The translations under genes were made by a program, and so were the position numbers. Below, in pieces: positions 36,567 to 49,193 of a stretch of DNA of 61,770 bases. This DNA is from Octopus bimaculoides (Eukaryota). The stretch covers positions 12,153,630 to 12,215,399 of the forward strand of contig NC_069006.1 of the NCBI RefSeq assembly GCF_001194135.2, given 5' to 3'. How positions within the stretch are numbered: the first letter of the stretch is position 1; each line of letters begins with the position of its first letter. Under the pieces are notes generated by a model, which was not told where the DNA came from, did not search any database, and worked only from the letters and a program-made list of their open reading frames with translations.

Positions 36567-37439
36567 TTAACATGGTGAAAGGCGAAACTATTAGCACATT
36601 GGACAAAATCTTTAGCACCATTTTTTCTCACTCCTTAAGTTCAAAGTTCAAATTCTATCATGATTGACTTTGGCTTTTTTTTTTTGATGTTGATAAAATA
36701 AGTACCATTCAAGTAGTCTACTCCTGCTAAATTTACTCACCTTGCACCAAAATTTGGAACAATTATTATTTTCTCAGGGAATTATTATATTTGTGTACTG
36801 TATTTATCATCACTTTACATTTCATTCAGTTTCATGATAAAATTAGTACTGATTTTGTAACCTATTCCTGTATATTATTCTTCCATTGCCCTTGTGGCAA
36901 TAATAAATGGTGTCATTAGGTGCACCCATTTCAACATAGTACAGGTGAGAAAAGTCACGGGGTACTCTGACCGTACTGGCTCATAATCTCTCTCCCACAT
37001 AAAGATGGGTTACCCCAAATGTTCTTTTTTTTTTTTAATCTATATCTTTTTAATTCTTATGTATTTAATACCCATTTGACTTCATGAACAGAAACCTCAA
37101 AAGCCTCCTCTAATAGTGTTAAGCCAGTCTTGTCTCTTTCAGCAACAAGAAAACACAAATGTTACTCAAAAAAGTAACCATTGCACCTCACACCCATCTA
37201 ATTGTATGCGGCATTTAGCTGGAGCCCTCAAAATTGCTCTAATTGTTGGGTCTTATTATTACCAACAATCTCTTTTGAAAAAGCACATCCTTAAGATAAC
37301 TAGAACTGCATTCCAAAGACTGGCATTTCTCTTTAGGGCTAGGAAATACATCATCCCCCAACACTGATACTTTACAAAGCTCAGATCAACCTTTTCCCAT
37401 ATCTATTACAGTGCCTGGAGATATGCAATGTTTGTCAAT

Positions 37440-38152
37440 GGATATAAACTGAAAGAAGTTCATTGTATAACTTAGATATGTTTCCACCAAAGATTGGTCC
37501 AGGCCATATCTAACTTAATAGTCTTGTGGTATCATGGTCCATTCGAGTAGGGAGTTCTTGCTGAGGGAGTTGTATCCAGGTATAGGTGGCTTATCTGGTA
37601 TTCCTTGAAGAAATTTGTCTAGATTCCATTTAAAGGTAATGGGATCTTTTTCTTCTTTGATCTATTTCAGGACAATGTTAGATAGGGCAGGGCCTGTTGA
37701 TGAAAAGAAATTGTGTTGCAGTGTGTTTGTATGTTGTGATCCTGAATTGGGTAGGGGATGTATGGCCCAAGGTCCAAGCCTTGGATGAATTTTGAAGCTA
37801 ATGTTGAGGTTGTTTGGACAATGCTGGTGGTATATTCTCCACATCGTGCAAATGATGTATCGCTCATGGCAGTGCTGGATAGAATAGGGTTTCAATGCTT
37901 TAAGGCGGTCCCAATAATTGAGATCAGTTATGCCCTTAATTCTTTTATTGAATGACCTCTGGGGTGATTCGATTTTTTAGATGTTTTGTATGGGGAGACC
38001 ACAAGGGGTAGCAGTATTCGAGGTGTGGCCATACAAAGGAAGAGAAAAAGGGAATGATGACACCTTGTTCTCAGGACTGGAAGGTTCTTAGGATCCAGGA
38101 GCTCATCCTACAAGCTATCTCGACCTTATTGTTGAGGTGGGCACTTCAGCTG
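37440..38152 (-). mobile_element. CR1/L2-group LINE 3' fragment
   Basis: Minus strand gives 'ACRMSSWILRTFQS', 'HLEYCYPLWSP', 'NYWDRLKALKPYSIQHCHERY', 'FKWNLDKFLQGIPDKP' and 'NSLLEW', a typical ORF2 C-terminus. Confidence 0.85.
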
Positions 38153-39199
38153 AGTTTGTTATGTGTGTGTACATGTGTGTGTTTTCTTGCCCTGATGTTG
38201 AATGAGAGTAGTGAATTGTTGCCATCATCATTCAAACAGTGTCATTCATTTCTACTTTTCCATGAAATTATGTCAAACTATGGGGAAATATTATCTGACT
38301 TGGAAACAGGTTAACAGAAAGGGAATCTAGCTGTTGAAAATCTTTAATGAAACTTGTCTGTCCCATGCAAGCATGGAAAAGTGGAAGCTAAAATGATTAC
38401 ACACACACACATAATGGTTGTTGCACAGTTCCTATCTACCAAATTACATAATACTCACTCACAAAGTATTGGTCAAGCTGAGGCTATGGTAGAAGATATT
38501 TATTCAAGGCATTTCACAATGGGGTTTGAACCTGGGATCATGAGGTTGCAAATCCTCCACCCATATTAGAAATTAGTGGTAGTAATAGTTACAAAATGGT
38601 AAATTTATCAGAGATAGAGGACTACTGGACTGAAATCTTAGTAGTATCTTATTTTATTCATGTAAGTTCTGATTTGAAGTCCTGTTGTTGTCACCTTTTA
38701 TCATTCATTCTGTCAGTATCAATGAGTAATATATTTGGAGAATTTCAGTTTACTCCTTTTGATTTTGTACCTTGTCCAAAGACCTTATTTGATCAGAATA
38801 GGAAATGAGAATCAGTAATGTGTTGGACATTTTATTGTGAGATAATAAATAGTGGAGATTAAATTCATGAATTACACCCCTACTCCTCTCCCACAATCAT
38901 AAGGTCTTGTATCAGTATAAGAAATCATTGTGGATAATGTGTAGCAGAAACAGAACATCATACAAGATACTATGTGGTATTTAGAGTTATGAGTTCAGAT
39001 TGTACAAAAGTCTACTTCACATTTTATCCTAGGGGTGGGAGGTATAAAATAACATTAACTTAATGCTTGAGGACTAATCCATTGTACCTCCCGCTACTAA
39101 GTTGGGGACTTTGTGGATGTTCTAAATTATTATTAAGTCTGTTTTATTTTCTCTGGTTGTGAATGAGAACATAAATCCTTAGTGATCCAGTAGTGGCTC

Positions 39200-39440
39200 T
39201 TCTTTTACTCCTGGTTAATCCTGATTCAGCTGACCTATCTATGATCAAAGATATTCCAGCCATGACCATTCTGAATTTTATTCAGACAATACATCTACAA
39301 CTGTGTTATCTAACGAATCATTATTATTTAATGTTTAGCTCTTGGGCTATTCTGATCGAGCTGGCTTGTGATAAAAGCTGTTCCAGCCAAAACTATCTTG
39401 TCTTTTATTCAGACATAGAGTTTCTAAGTCTTTTCCTAAG
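39200..39440 (-). mobile_element. Two tandem 3' fragments of an (AAC)n-tailed SINE family
   Basis: The motif tgatcaaagatattccagccatgacc occurs twice. Opposite-strand copies are near 1745, 3670, 8225, 10830, 10945, 11268, 46425, 48438 and 52295. Confidence 0.6.
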
Positions 39441-42399
39441 ACATTAATGTGATGATTTGGTGGAGATTTAGCTCTGGTTTCCAGCAATTCACGTTGCTCT
39501 TTTGTTGATTTACAATCTAATAGTGTGATTTAGAATGTGAGGCATAGATAGAGGTAGACAAGAGAGCGAGAGGAGTGATGGTAGAGAAGGCTGAGGGCTG
39601 TTGTAGAGGTAAGAGTGAGAGGAGGATACAGCTGGATGGTGGAGACATGTGTGGGATTTGTTCAGAGAAACAGAGGATGTAATGGTTGCAGTTGAAATGG
39701 CAGAGGTGAGGACACAGTCTTCCAGTAACGGAAGACAGTGTTATGATCAAGTTGATCCTTGGATCAGTAGCACAGATAATAGTGTTGATGACAAAGTACA
39801 ACCATATTAAATATGTTGACAGTTTAATAGAACAAGTTAGTGTTAACATAATTAATGCAGTGATCATTGCTATTCTAATTAGAAAAGTGTGGTGAGGAAA
39901 AGACATTACCTTAATGATTAACAGAATAGCACACACACACACACACGCATACGTATAGTCATATATATTGCCAGCATACTTTCACTGGCATAAATGCAAT
40001 GCACTGTTTGTATGTACATGCGTATCCTCAATACATACACATGTTGATGTAAGGTGAGGAGATTAGCACTAATAATTATAATTATTGCTGTCAGATAGTG
40101 GTGGTAGCAGTTTTATTGATGGTTGGTGGTCTATTGGTGGTGGTCTGCTGTCGATGGTTTGAAGATATATGTTAATGTAGACGTGCCAGGAATTCAATGA
40201 AGGTAATTTGTATCTGCTTGTTTGTTCTGTGTGTATGAGTCAGAGAACCATGTGAGACCTACATTATGTTGTTTGAAGAATACTGTTTTCTCCTAGAAAT
40301 GTTAGTGCTGGACAAAGTACCAGGCAATATTAACTTTCATTCTTCTGTGATCAAAGTTCAAATCTCATTTGGATTCATATGATTTCTCTTCACTTGAGGT
40401 TGATTTTGTTTACTATTGTATACTTTGTCATAGTGACTGTTGTTGTCTAGCCTCAAGTCAACCAAAGACATTCCACTCATGATCATCCATTATATACCTA
40501 GAACTTCATTCTTTCTTTTTTTTTAACCAACCAAGAGTGATTTAAAGATTTGAGTGTTATTTCTAACAGGTCAAGTGACTACATAGAGGCTCCCTAGTTA
40601 GCTTGATTGATGTTTCATATATTAATTGGTTGTTCATTTTGTAGTTAATTGATATGACTTGTGAAGAAGGAACAGCTGTATTAGAACAGGTGGGATTTGA
40701 AACAGAATTATCTGTTCCAAAATTGTCACTGATAGCTCATGGTGTTCCTTTCTTAGCCCTGTACCACATTATCACTGTCATGTTCCTCTCTGCCACCTCA
40801 TCACTATTGTGTTCCTCTCACTTCCTCTCAGCTTCCTGTGATACTCCCCTAACCCCTTCTACCATCACATCACAATTTATTCTAAAGTCAGAATTTTTCT
40901 TCTCCTAATGACCTACAAACTTAAAATAATTACTCTATTTTATCAAATAAAAATGTTTGCCAGCAAAGAATACCATTACTAGTTACTTTGAAATCTAATT
41001 TATTGATATTTCACTGCATTTTGTCATCTTTCTTTTCTCATCTTTTTTTTTCTCTGCTGAATCTAGAAGAAGAGGTAGAAGCCATGACATCACAGGCCTC
41101 TCTGAGCCAATGAGTTAGGTGGCATTAATGTTACATTTAAACTGTTACAAGTCAACACTGACAAGGAAGACATGAGCAGGGAGAAAATTCCAGAGAACTT
41201 ATATTCTAGGGCAGAAGGACTGAGCTTAATGATTAGTATGGCACCTGGGATATTGTACACAAAAAGAGTGACAAGAAGTGGAGATGAGTGAGTCAGGAGT
41301 GCCTGAGCAATGGTTGTACCAAATCAGCCAGTTCTGAGGAACAGAAGCCATTATAGTTTTGATTGAAAAGATGGAGTTAGCACACCTGTATACATATAGA
41401 TGTATATGTACACATATATGTATAGATATATATATATAGATATAGATCTATATGCATACATGTATATATATACATATGTGTAGATGTATATATATATAGA
41501 TGTACATGTAATATGTACACATATACACACATATATACATGCATACAGATATCTATACATATATACACCCATACACACACACATACACATGCACACAAAC
41601 ACACACATTAATCATTTGTTTTTTAATCCAAAACTACGTCAAAAGTACTGAATGGATCTTTATGAAATTTGGAAATTATATTCTATGCATAACGGCCATA
41701 ACCCCCATGAAAATTCATATTTTTGATGTTGATGAAATTTTAGCCATACATATTACACNNNNNNNNNNNNNNNNNNNNNNNNNNNNNNNNNNNNNNNNNN
41801 NNNNNNNNNNNNNNNNNNNNNNNNNNNNNNNNNNNNNNNNNNNNNNNNNNNNNNNNNNNNNNNNNNNNNNNNNNNNNNNNNNNNNNNNNNNNNNNNNNNN
41901 NNNNNNNNNNNNNNNNNNNNNNNNNNNNNNNNNNNNNNNNNNNNNNNNNNNNNNNNNNNNNNNNNNNNNNNNNNNNNNNNNNNNNNNNNNNNNNNNNNNN
42001 NNNNNNNNNNNNNNNNNNNNNNNNNNNNNNNNNNNNNNNNNNNNNNNNNNNNNNNNNNNNNNNNNNNNNNNNNNNNNNNNNNNNNNNNNNNNNNNNNNNN
42101 NNNNNNNNNNNNNNNNNNNNNNNNNNNNNNNNNNNNNNNNNNNNNNNNNNNNNNNNNNNNNNNNNNNNNNNNNNNNNNNNNNNNNNNNNNNNNNNNNNNN
42201 NNNNNNNNNNNNNNNNNNNNNNNNNNNNNNNNNNNNNNNNNNNNNNNNNNNNNNNNNNNNNNNNNNNNNNNNNNNNNNNNNNNNNNNNNNNNNNNNNNNN
42301 NNNNNNNNNNNNNNNNNNNNNNNNNNNNNNNNNNNNNNNNNNNNNNNNNNNATTGCTATAGATCCGTAATGTATCTTACAGCTGTGCTTGTCACCTGTA

Positions 42400-43750
42400 T
42401 GGTGAGGAATCCTACATTGGGGAGTAGTAACGACTAGGCTAGGGTAGCTAACTGATTATTGTGATCATTCGTCTTTTGATTTCCTGTAGCTTTGCTCTCT
42501 TTTACAAACCCAGTGAACATACATATATTTCCTATTTCAAAGAAATTCAAACAATACATATTACGCCCAAGTTAAAAAGATTCCCAACACTTCAACTTCT
42601 CTGGTTGACATTAACACACCCACCCCCAATAGGGGTCTTAACTCTCACATTTTTCAGCTCCATGACCTCCATTTTTCCGGAGCAAAATCCTTTTTACAGG
42701 GTCCATAACACTGGAATTTTGGAATGTGCGCATAAATATCGGATATATAAAGATGAGAATGTGTGTCTGTGAATCCCTAAAACTCGAGAACTACACAACC
42801 AATTTCATTCCAACTTAACACATGCCTTACTTTGGGTCCATGTAGTGTCTTAGGCCAAAAAAAAAATTTTGACTTCTTGCATAGTTTGAGCCCACAGCAT
42901 TATCATATCTCCCCCACTATTTCAGTATTATGTGTCAAAAGTGAAACAATAACATGTCGCTACTGTAATTTCAAATACTTTCACTTTAATACTTTCAATT
43001 TCATACTGAAACTATTAAAGTGAAACTATACTCTCACATTTATACAGGTATACTATAAGATCCAAGTTAAAAACATTCCCAACAATTCAACTTCTCTGGT
43101 TGACATTAACACACCCACCCCCAATAGGGGCCTTCATTCCCACATTTTAGAGCTCCATAAGCTCCATTTTTCAGGAGCGAAATCCTTTTTACAGATTCCA
43201 GAAGACTGAAATTTTGGAATATGCGCATAAAGATCAATAGTATGGGATACATGTCTCATAATTAGAATTTTTTTAGGGTGTGTAAAGAGGGAAAGAACCC
43301 TCATGTGCAATTTTGATGAAATTCAAATCATATGTATTCCAGTTCCTTACAGAAAATATAACAGAAGAGTCTCATTCTTCAATTGCATGTAACACGGGCA
43401 ACACTGGGTATCTCTGCTAGTCTATATCTATATATATAAAAATGAGAATGTGTGTCTGTCTGTGTGAATCCCTAAAACTTGAGAACTACATAACCAATTT
43501 CATTCAAATTTTACACATGCCTTACTTAGGGCCCCGGTTGTGTTTTAGTCAAAAAAATTTTTTAACTTCTTGCATAGTTCGAGCCCACAGCAACATCATA
43601 TCTCCTTCACTATTTAAGTATTACATGTCAAAAGTGAAACAAGAACGCTCGTGTCAAATACTTTCACTTTAAAAATGAAACTATTCCACTATTTCATTAT
43701 CAAAACTGAAACAATCACATTTTGATACTGTAATGACAGATACTTTCACT
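42400..43750 (+). mobile_element. Head-to-tail non-autonomous Helitron-like units
   Basis: A 3' hairpin remnant plus CTAG (43393-43420) is followed directly by TC-tatatctatatatataaaaatgagaatgtgtg. The same 5' end occurs at about 42737, and internal blocks repeat (42565-42740 with 43055-43235; 42740-43010 with 43430-43710). A related 5' fragment may lie at 41590-41758. Confidence 0.7.
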
Positions 43751-43919
43751 TTAGTACTATGCAATGAAACTGAATCTGAACTTGTGGCTGTAAAGCAAAC
43801 TTTTAACACACAACTGTGCCTTGCTTCAAAAAGAAATGAAGGCTTTATTTTTTTAAGACAATAATGCAGAAAATTATAGTATTATTTCCTCCATGTTCTT
43901 ATATGCAATTTTACTCATT

Positions 43920-44200
43920 CTTTATGCTCTTTCTGAAATCATCCAAACAAGAAGAATTCAGTAATAGGCACACCAAAAGGTGACTGATAGTTTGGACTGT
44001 TCCAAAATCACACAACAGAGAGTCCACATTGTCCTCATTTCACATAAGTGTCTCTAGTTGAATCAAATCCAATGCAGAGTAAAGACATTTCCATATGCTT
44101 GATGTGGACACCCACTCCTTTGGTAACTTTTCTATTGGTTCCACTTTTTGGTAGATTCTTTGGAAATATCTTCAGGAATTATTATGAAACTTGCTCATTC
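43920..44200 (-). mobile_element. Old non-LTR retrotransposon C-terminal zinc-knuckle fragment
   Basis: Minus strand 'WKCLYSALD...LCDFGTVQTISHLLVC' resembles the 'W..LNR...C.CG..QT..HL..C' terminus of RTE-X/I-type ORF2. Confidence 0.5.
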
Positions 44201-45643
44201 TTTTTGATATCTGTTTGGTGGATGTCTTATATCAAACAACTGCTTTTGATTTCTAGCTTTTCTTAAAAAATTCTTCCTGATATCAGATGGAGCAAATAAA
44301 GATAAAGCAGATAAAGACTATTTCTTCTTTGTGACCCTTTTAGTTTTCACCTGTTTATTTTACTGTTTTATCATATGTACCCTGCATGTACCTTTGGCTA
44401 TCATGGCTATGTTCCCTTACTCATCTTGTTTTTACTTTCTGCCTCTTATTCTGTTCTGACAAGTTGTAGTGCACTTTTCATATTAATGTAAGTAGACCTG
44501 GCATTAATCAGTTATGAATTAGCTATTCACATCAACAACACTGTCCATATGTATGTGTAGATCTAGCCCATACTGAGCATATATAATTTGCATTTGAGAA
44601 GCTCTGAGTCAATGTTGTTACTCTGAGCACAAATAAGATAAGGAGCAACACATTATTAGTGAGTTAAAGAAACAACTTTGAGATTACCCATGCAATTCCG
44701 CAAAACCTCCAGTGATAGCCCACCACCTATCCATACACACACACACTTTGTAAGTCGTAAGAGTTTCTGTAGAATATTATTCCATGTTCCCCCTTTGTCT
44801 ATTAGAGTGCTTCCTGACTACAGTATGATAACTCACTAGGTTTGAACAAAGGAAAATTATAGAAATAACTTTCAACTGATTTCATTGTGGTGAACCACTG
44901 CTCATTGTTGAACAGTGTTGATTTGATTTTGTTATTATTTTATTGCATATTAACTTCATCTTCTGGAGACTGTATGCAAACATACATATGTATTTTTTAT
45001 TTTTTAATACTTTTGTAACTTTCTGCTTATTGTGTGTGTATGTGTAAAAATAATATAAATATATCAAGTTTGCAAGTGCCATGCATGAAACTTTTAGCCT
45101 TTTGTAGCTTAATGCAAATTAAAAAATACATTTACTCATGTGTTGGGTTCTGTTTCACCTACTTATTCACATATGAGTCGAACTTGCATATAGCTTGCAT
45201 GAAGTATTGTCTGATGTATGCATGCTTGTATAGAGTAATTATATACTGTAAATGTGTGTGTGTGTGTGTGTGTATTATATTAATAAAAGATTACTGTTAG
45301 AAAAAATAAAGTACTTGTTTTATTACTGTTATTATTTTCATTGCAAAAAAAAAAAAAAGAACACTCCCATGAGTCTAGCATTTTCATGTGTCTTGGGATT
45401 TAAGATTAATGTTTTTAAAGTTAAACAGTGGGTCATAAAATGTTGAAGGATATGTTTTTAAAGTTATGTATATTGTAAATATAGACTACAGATGACATGA
45501 AGAGTTTGGAATATAATTTCACCAACATGATGTTTCCTAGATAAATAGTGAAGTTTGAACTGTACATATTTTGTGTCAAAGTTATTGTTCTTCTAGATAG
45601 AAATATAAATTGTTAAGAGTGTAGAGTCTATCTAGATATTTTA

Positions 45644-46370
45644 TGAGGTGCATTCAAAAAGTATCTGACTTTATATTTTCCTGCCAAAACTAATTCCTCA
45701 TGGGCAAAATGTTTTTGGTGCGAAGTGACACCACCCTTCTCTGCATGCATGAAAATTTTCATGTTGGTAGGCCATGTCAGTTCCTGGCTGTTATACCAAG
45801 TACAGACATGTAGTGAGCGCTTGTCAGATTTTCATTTTTACCAAATTCTTTGAGTAGAGATATTACATCAAGTTTTGCCAAAAGCATGCTGATGCTTAAG
45901 CTCAAACTATCCAGAAGACTCAGCAGGCCTTTGGCAATGATGCTATGGGCAAAACTCAGATCAAAGAGTGGTACAACTGCTTCAAACATGACCACACCTC
46001 AATGGAGGGTGAGGCATACTCAGGCAGGCCATTCAAAAGCCGAAATGAGAAACTAATTGAAAAGATTCAATGCATAGTCATGGAAGACCATTGTGTCACA
46101 ATCCAGGAAATTGCTCACAAAGTGGGAATAAGCACATGGGTTTCTGCTTGATGCATTCAGCCACCTTGCATGAAAATGAAAATCTGATGAGCACACACTA
46201 CATGTCTGTACTCTAGCTGTAACAGCCAGTAACTGACACTGCCTACCAACATGAAAATTTTCACACATGTGCAGAAAGGGTGGTGTCATCTCCCACCTGA
46301 AGGATTTTTGCCTGTGCAGCATTTGTTTTGGCGGGAAAAATAAAATCATATACTTTTTGAATCCACCTCA
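45644..46370 (+). mobile_element. Mariner-derived fold-back element with ~195-bp inverted arms
   Basis: TA|TGAGGTGCATTCAAAAAGTA ... TACTTTTTGAATCCACCTCA. The core encodes only the HTH region (RYYIKFC..QQAFGNDAMGKTQIKEWYNCFK..YSGRP..VTIQEIAHKVGIS). Confidence 0.88.
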
Positions 46371-46487
46371 TCATTAACACTATATTAAGACAATAAGGAG
46401 AGCCTCAATATTTAAGTTGGGAAACCTTCTAGAACTGATCTGGGGTAAACAACCATAGTTTTATTGTAGTAGTGCTAGACTTTGTAG

Positions 46488-46660
46488 AGTTAGTCATATC
46501 TTGTGTTACATACACACTTGAGACAGTTACATCGTGTCACACACATGCCTGAGAGTCATATCTTGTGTTACATACACACCTGNNNNNNNNNNAGACAGTT
46601 ACATCGTGTCACACACATGCCTGAGAGTCATATCTTGTGTTACATACACACCTGAGATAG
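46488..46660. repeat. 62-bp dimeric tandem repeat
   Basis: agtcatatcttgtgttacatacacacYtgagac plus agttacatcgtgtcacacacatgcctgag alternate with period 62; spans a small gap. Confidence 0.85.
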
Positions 46661-49179
46661 TCTTGTCAGTAGAATTCAAGGATACTAATGATGTCGCCAT
46701 TCACTGACATTTGTAATATAAATAGTTGAAACAGTAGAATACATTTTATGTCATGACAAAGAAAAGGCTTGTTTAACAGAAAGAGTGAGATGGTAAAGGT
46801 CTTACCACTATGCTGTGAAATTGATTTGCAATTTTTCAGCCCAGTGATATCACTCCTATTATATCTTAATCAAGTAAGTTTGAAATTATAATAAGTGATG
46901 CTCTAGTATGGCCACTACTTACAGATTGGAAGCAATAAAAGAATTGACACAAAATTGTTATTGTGGAAACTTGTAGAACTATGTTGACAACAGAAATTTG
47001 TTTGTCAATTTGAAACTGTGATTCTCTTCACTACACCATTTCCTCTGCCTCTCTCTCTCTCTCACTGAGGAGGAAGGTGAGAATGGAGCTCTTAAACTGA
47101 TAGGATCTCCACCACTTATAAGATTATCAAACACGGCATGCAGATCTTCAGGTGAAATTTAAATAATCTATTAAAATTTAAACATTTATTATGTAGCAGA
47201 AATTTAAGTTTATTAAAACTAAGAAAAGCATTGGTGAAAATAGGACTTACTCCCTCCTACCTATGCCTCTCTGTCAACATCAATGTATATCTCTCTGTCT
47301 TCCCCCAGCTCTGTTTCTGTGTGTATCTCTCATCTATCTCTTTCCCTTATGTCAACATATATTCACCCTAACTCCCAGTTTACAATATTTTCTCTCTCTC
47401 TCTCTGGCTGTCTCTCTCTCTGTCTTTTGTTACTTTCTATTTGTGTTGGTCTTTCTTTTCCTGTTTCTCACATAAAAAGTATGTATTCTACTTTCTGTCT
47501 ATTTCCACCTGTCTCTTTCTGTTTCTCTGTCTCTGTTTGTCTGCCTCTCTTCCTCTTGCCAAAAATTGAGATAAGGCAAAAGAAAGGTAGAGACATAAGA
47601 GGGACCTGGACAAAACAGGTACCAGAAAATGGTTTGATAGAGACTGAGTGGGGTGTTTTGGTAGTCTTGGATAGTAGAGTAGGGAGGTAGGTGGAGGGTG
47701 GGGTCATGTGGAGAGTTGAGATGTCTTAATAAGTTAGAGATATTAGAATATTGTGTTTACAGATGAAATGACACTGGGTTTAGTCAACTTGAAACACTAG
47801 TACATATCTGTCAGAAAGGGGCAACACAACACATTACAACACATCTGTCACTTTGCATCACAACACATCACTGTGAATCACAGTGCAACACAATGTTTCA
47901 CAACACATAAAAAAATCACATTCACAACAAATTGCATCATAATGCATTACAATATAGTGCAGCATTGCATCACAATAGACTTATTGCTAATCACATTGAA
48001 TCACATTTCATATCCAGTGTTCTGTGTACAACTTTGTATATGTGTGGTTCAGGATTGTGGATCAGACTTGATACCTTGACTTAAAACAATGTTTTATTAC
48101 ATATCAATAAAAGATTATCTTTATGGTAACTCAGCCTCTTAGAAATATTCTCTCAGATTCTACCAAATCACATTAGCCAAATTCCTTTTACCACACACTT
48201 TTACCTTGCAAAAGGAAGACTGTATTATCACTATAGTCTGAGAGAGAAAGAAGAATAGTTATGGTTGAAATATTTTGATTAAAGATCTGCTTAATTAGGG
48301 CTGACAATGTATATTACAAAACAACGTGGGAGCATCTACTTTGTTGCTCAACTTGCCAGTAATAGCAGCAAAATATCCTTTAAATTACACCTAATTGTCT
48401 TGAGAACAGACAGGAGACTTTAGATAATGGAGTTCACTGGATGGTCAGAGCTGGAATACCTCTGATCAAAGGCCTTTATTTTTAGGTTTACCTGAAGCTA
48501 AACACCAATTATTACAATTAACTATCAAGCCTTGACTCCTGTAGCATTTTGTGGTATATCTCTCTAGCTACATTCATACTCATACACATGTATGCATATT
48601 CATTTTGAGGTATATGTGTGCATATACTCATTTTGTAGTATATTGTGTCTAGTTTTACACACACACGTGTGTGTTCATTTCCTAAATTCATTGTTATCTA
48701 CAACCTAATAATTTCAAAGGTAAACAGATGTAATGAAAAACATAGGGCCATAGGTGTATGTAGTGTTATTGGTATAATATGCATAGAGAGCAATACTAGA
48801 AGAAAAGTGTATGGGCTTGTCCCTTGCAATGAGCATAAGATAAACATGAGGAATTAATTTGAATGTGCATGTTTTTTATCTTTTGAAAATTCAAAAGTGT
48901 AGCTATGCAGCAGCTGTTTTACCTGTATGACACACACACACACGTGCATGCACACACACACGCATGCACACGCACGTGTGTGTGTGTGTGTGTGTACATG
49001 CATAGCACACATTTACACATTGTGTGAAGATTTAATGTAGTTCTATGTACATTGTGTTATGCTAGTCATTTACTTTTGTGATTATATAGTATGTGTATGT
49101 AAATGTATGTATACACAACATTTTGATATATAAACACGAAAATCAATTGCTATTTCGATGACAGAAAGCTTCAACTTAC

Positions 49180-49193
49180 CCTGATTCTTCCAT
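49180..49193 (-). CDS. Probable first coding exon of the neprilysin-like gene (MEESG)
   Basis: gaaagATGGAAGAATCAGG|gtaagt: strong Kozak context (A at -3, G at +4) and a consensus donor. It ends in phase 2 (GG), completing GGA with the first A of exon 9388-9524. There is an in-frame upstream stop at 49287-49289 and no earlier in-frame ATG. The junction is inferred, with no transcript evidence. Confidence 0.62.
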
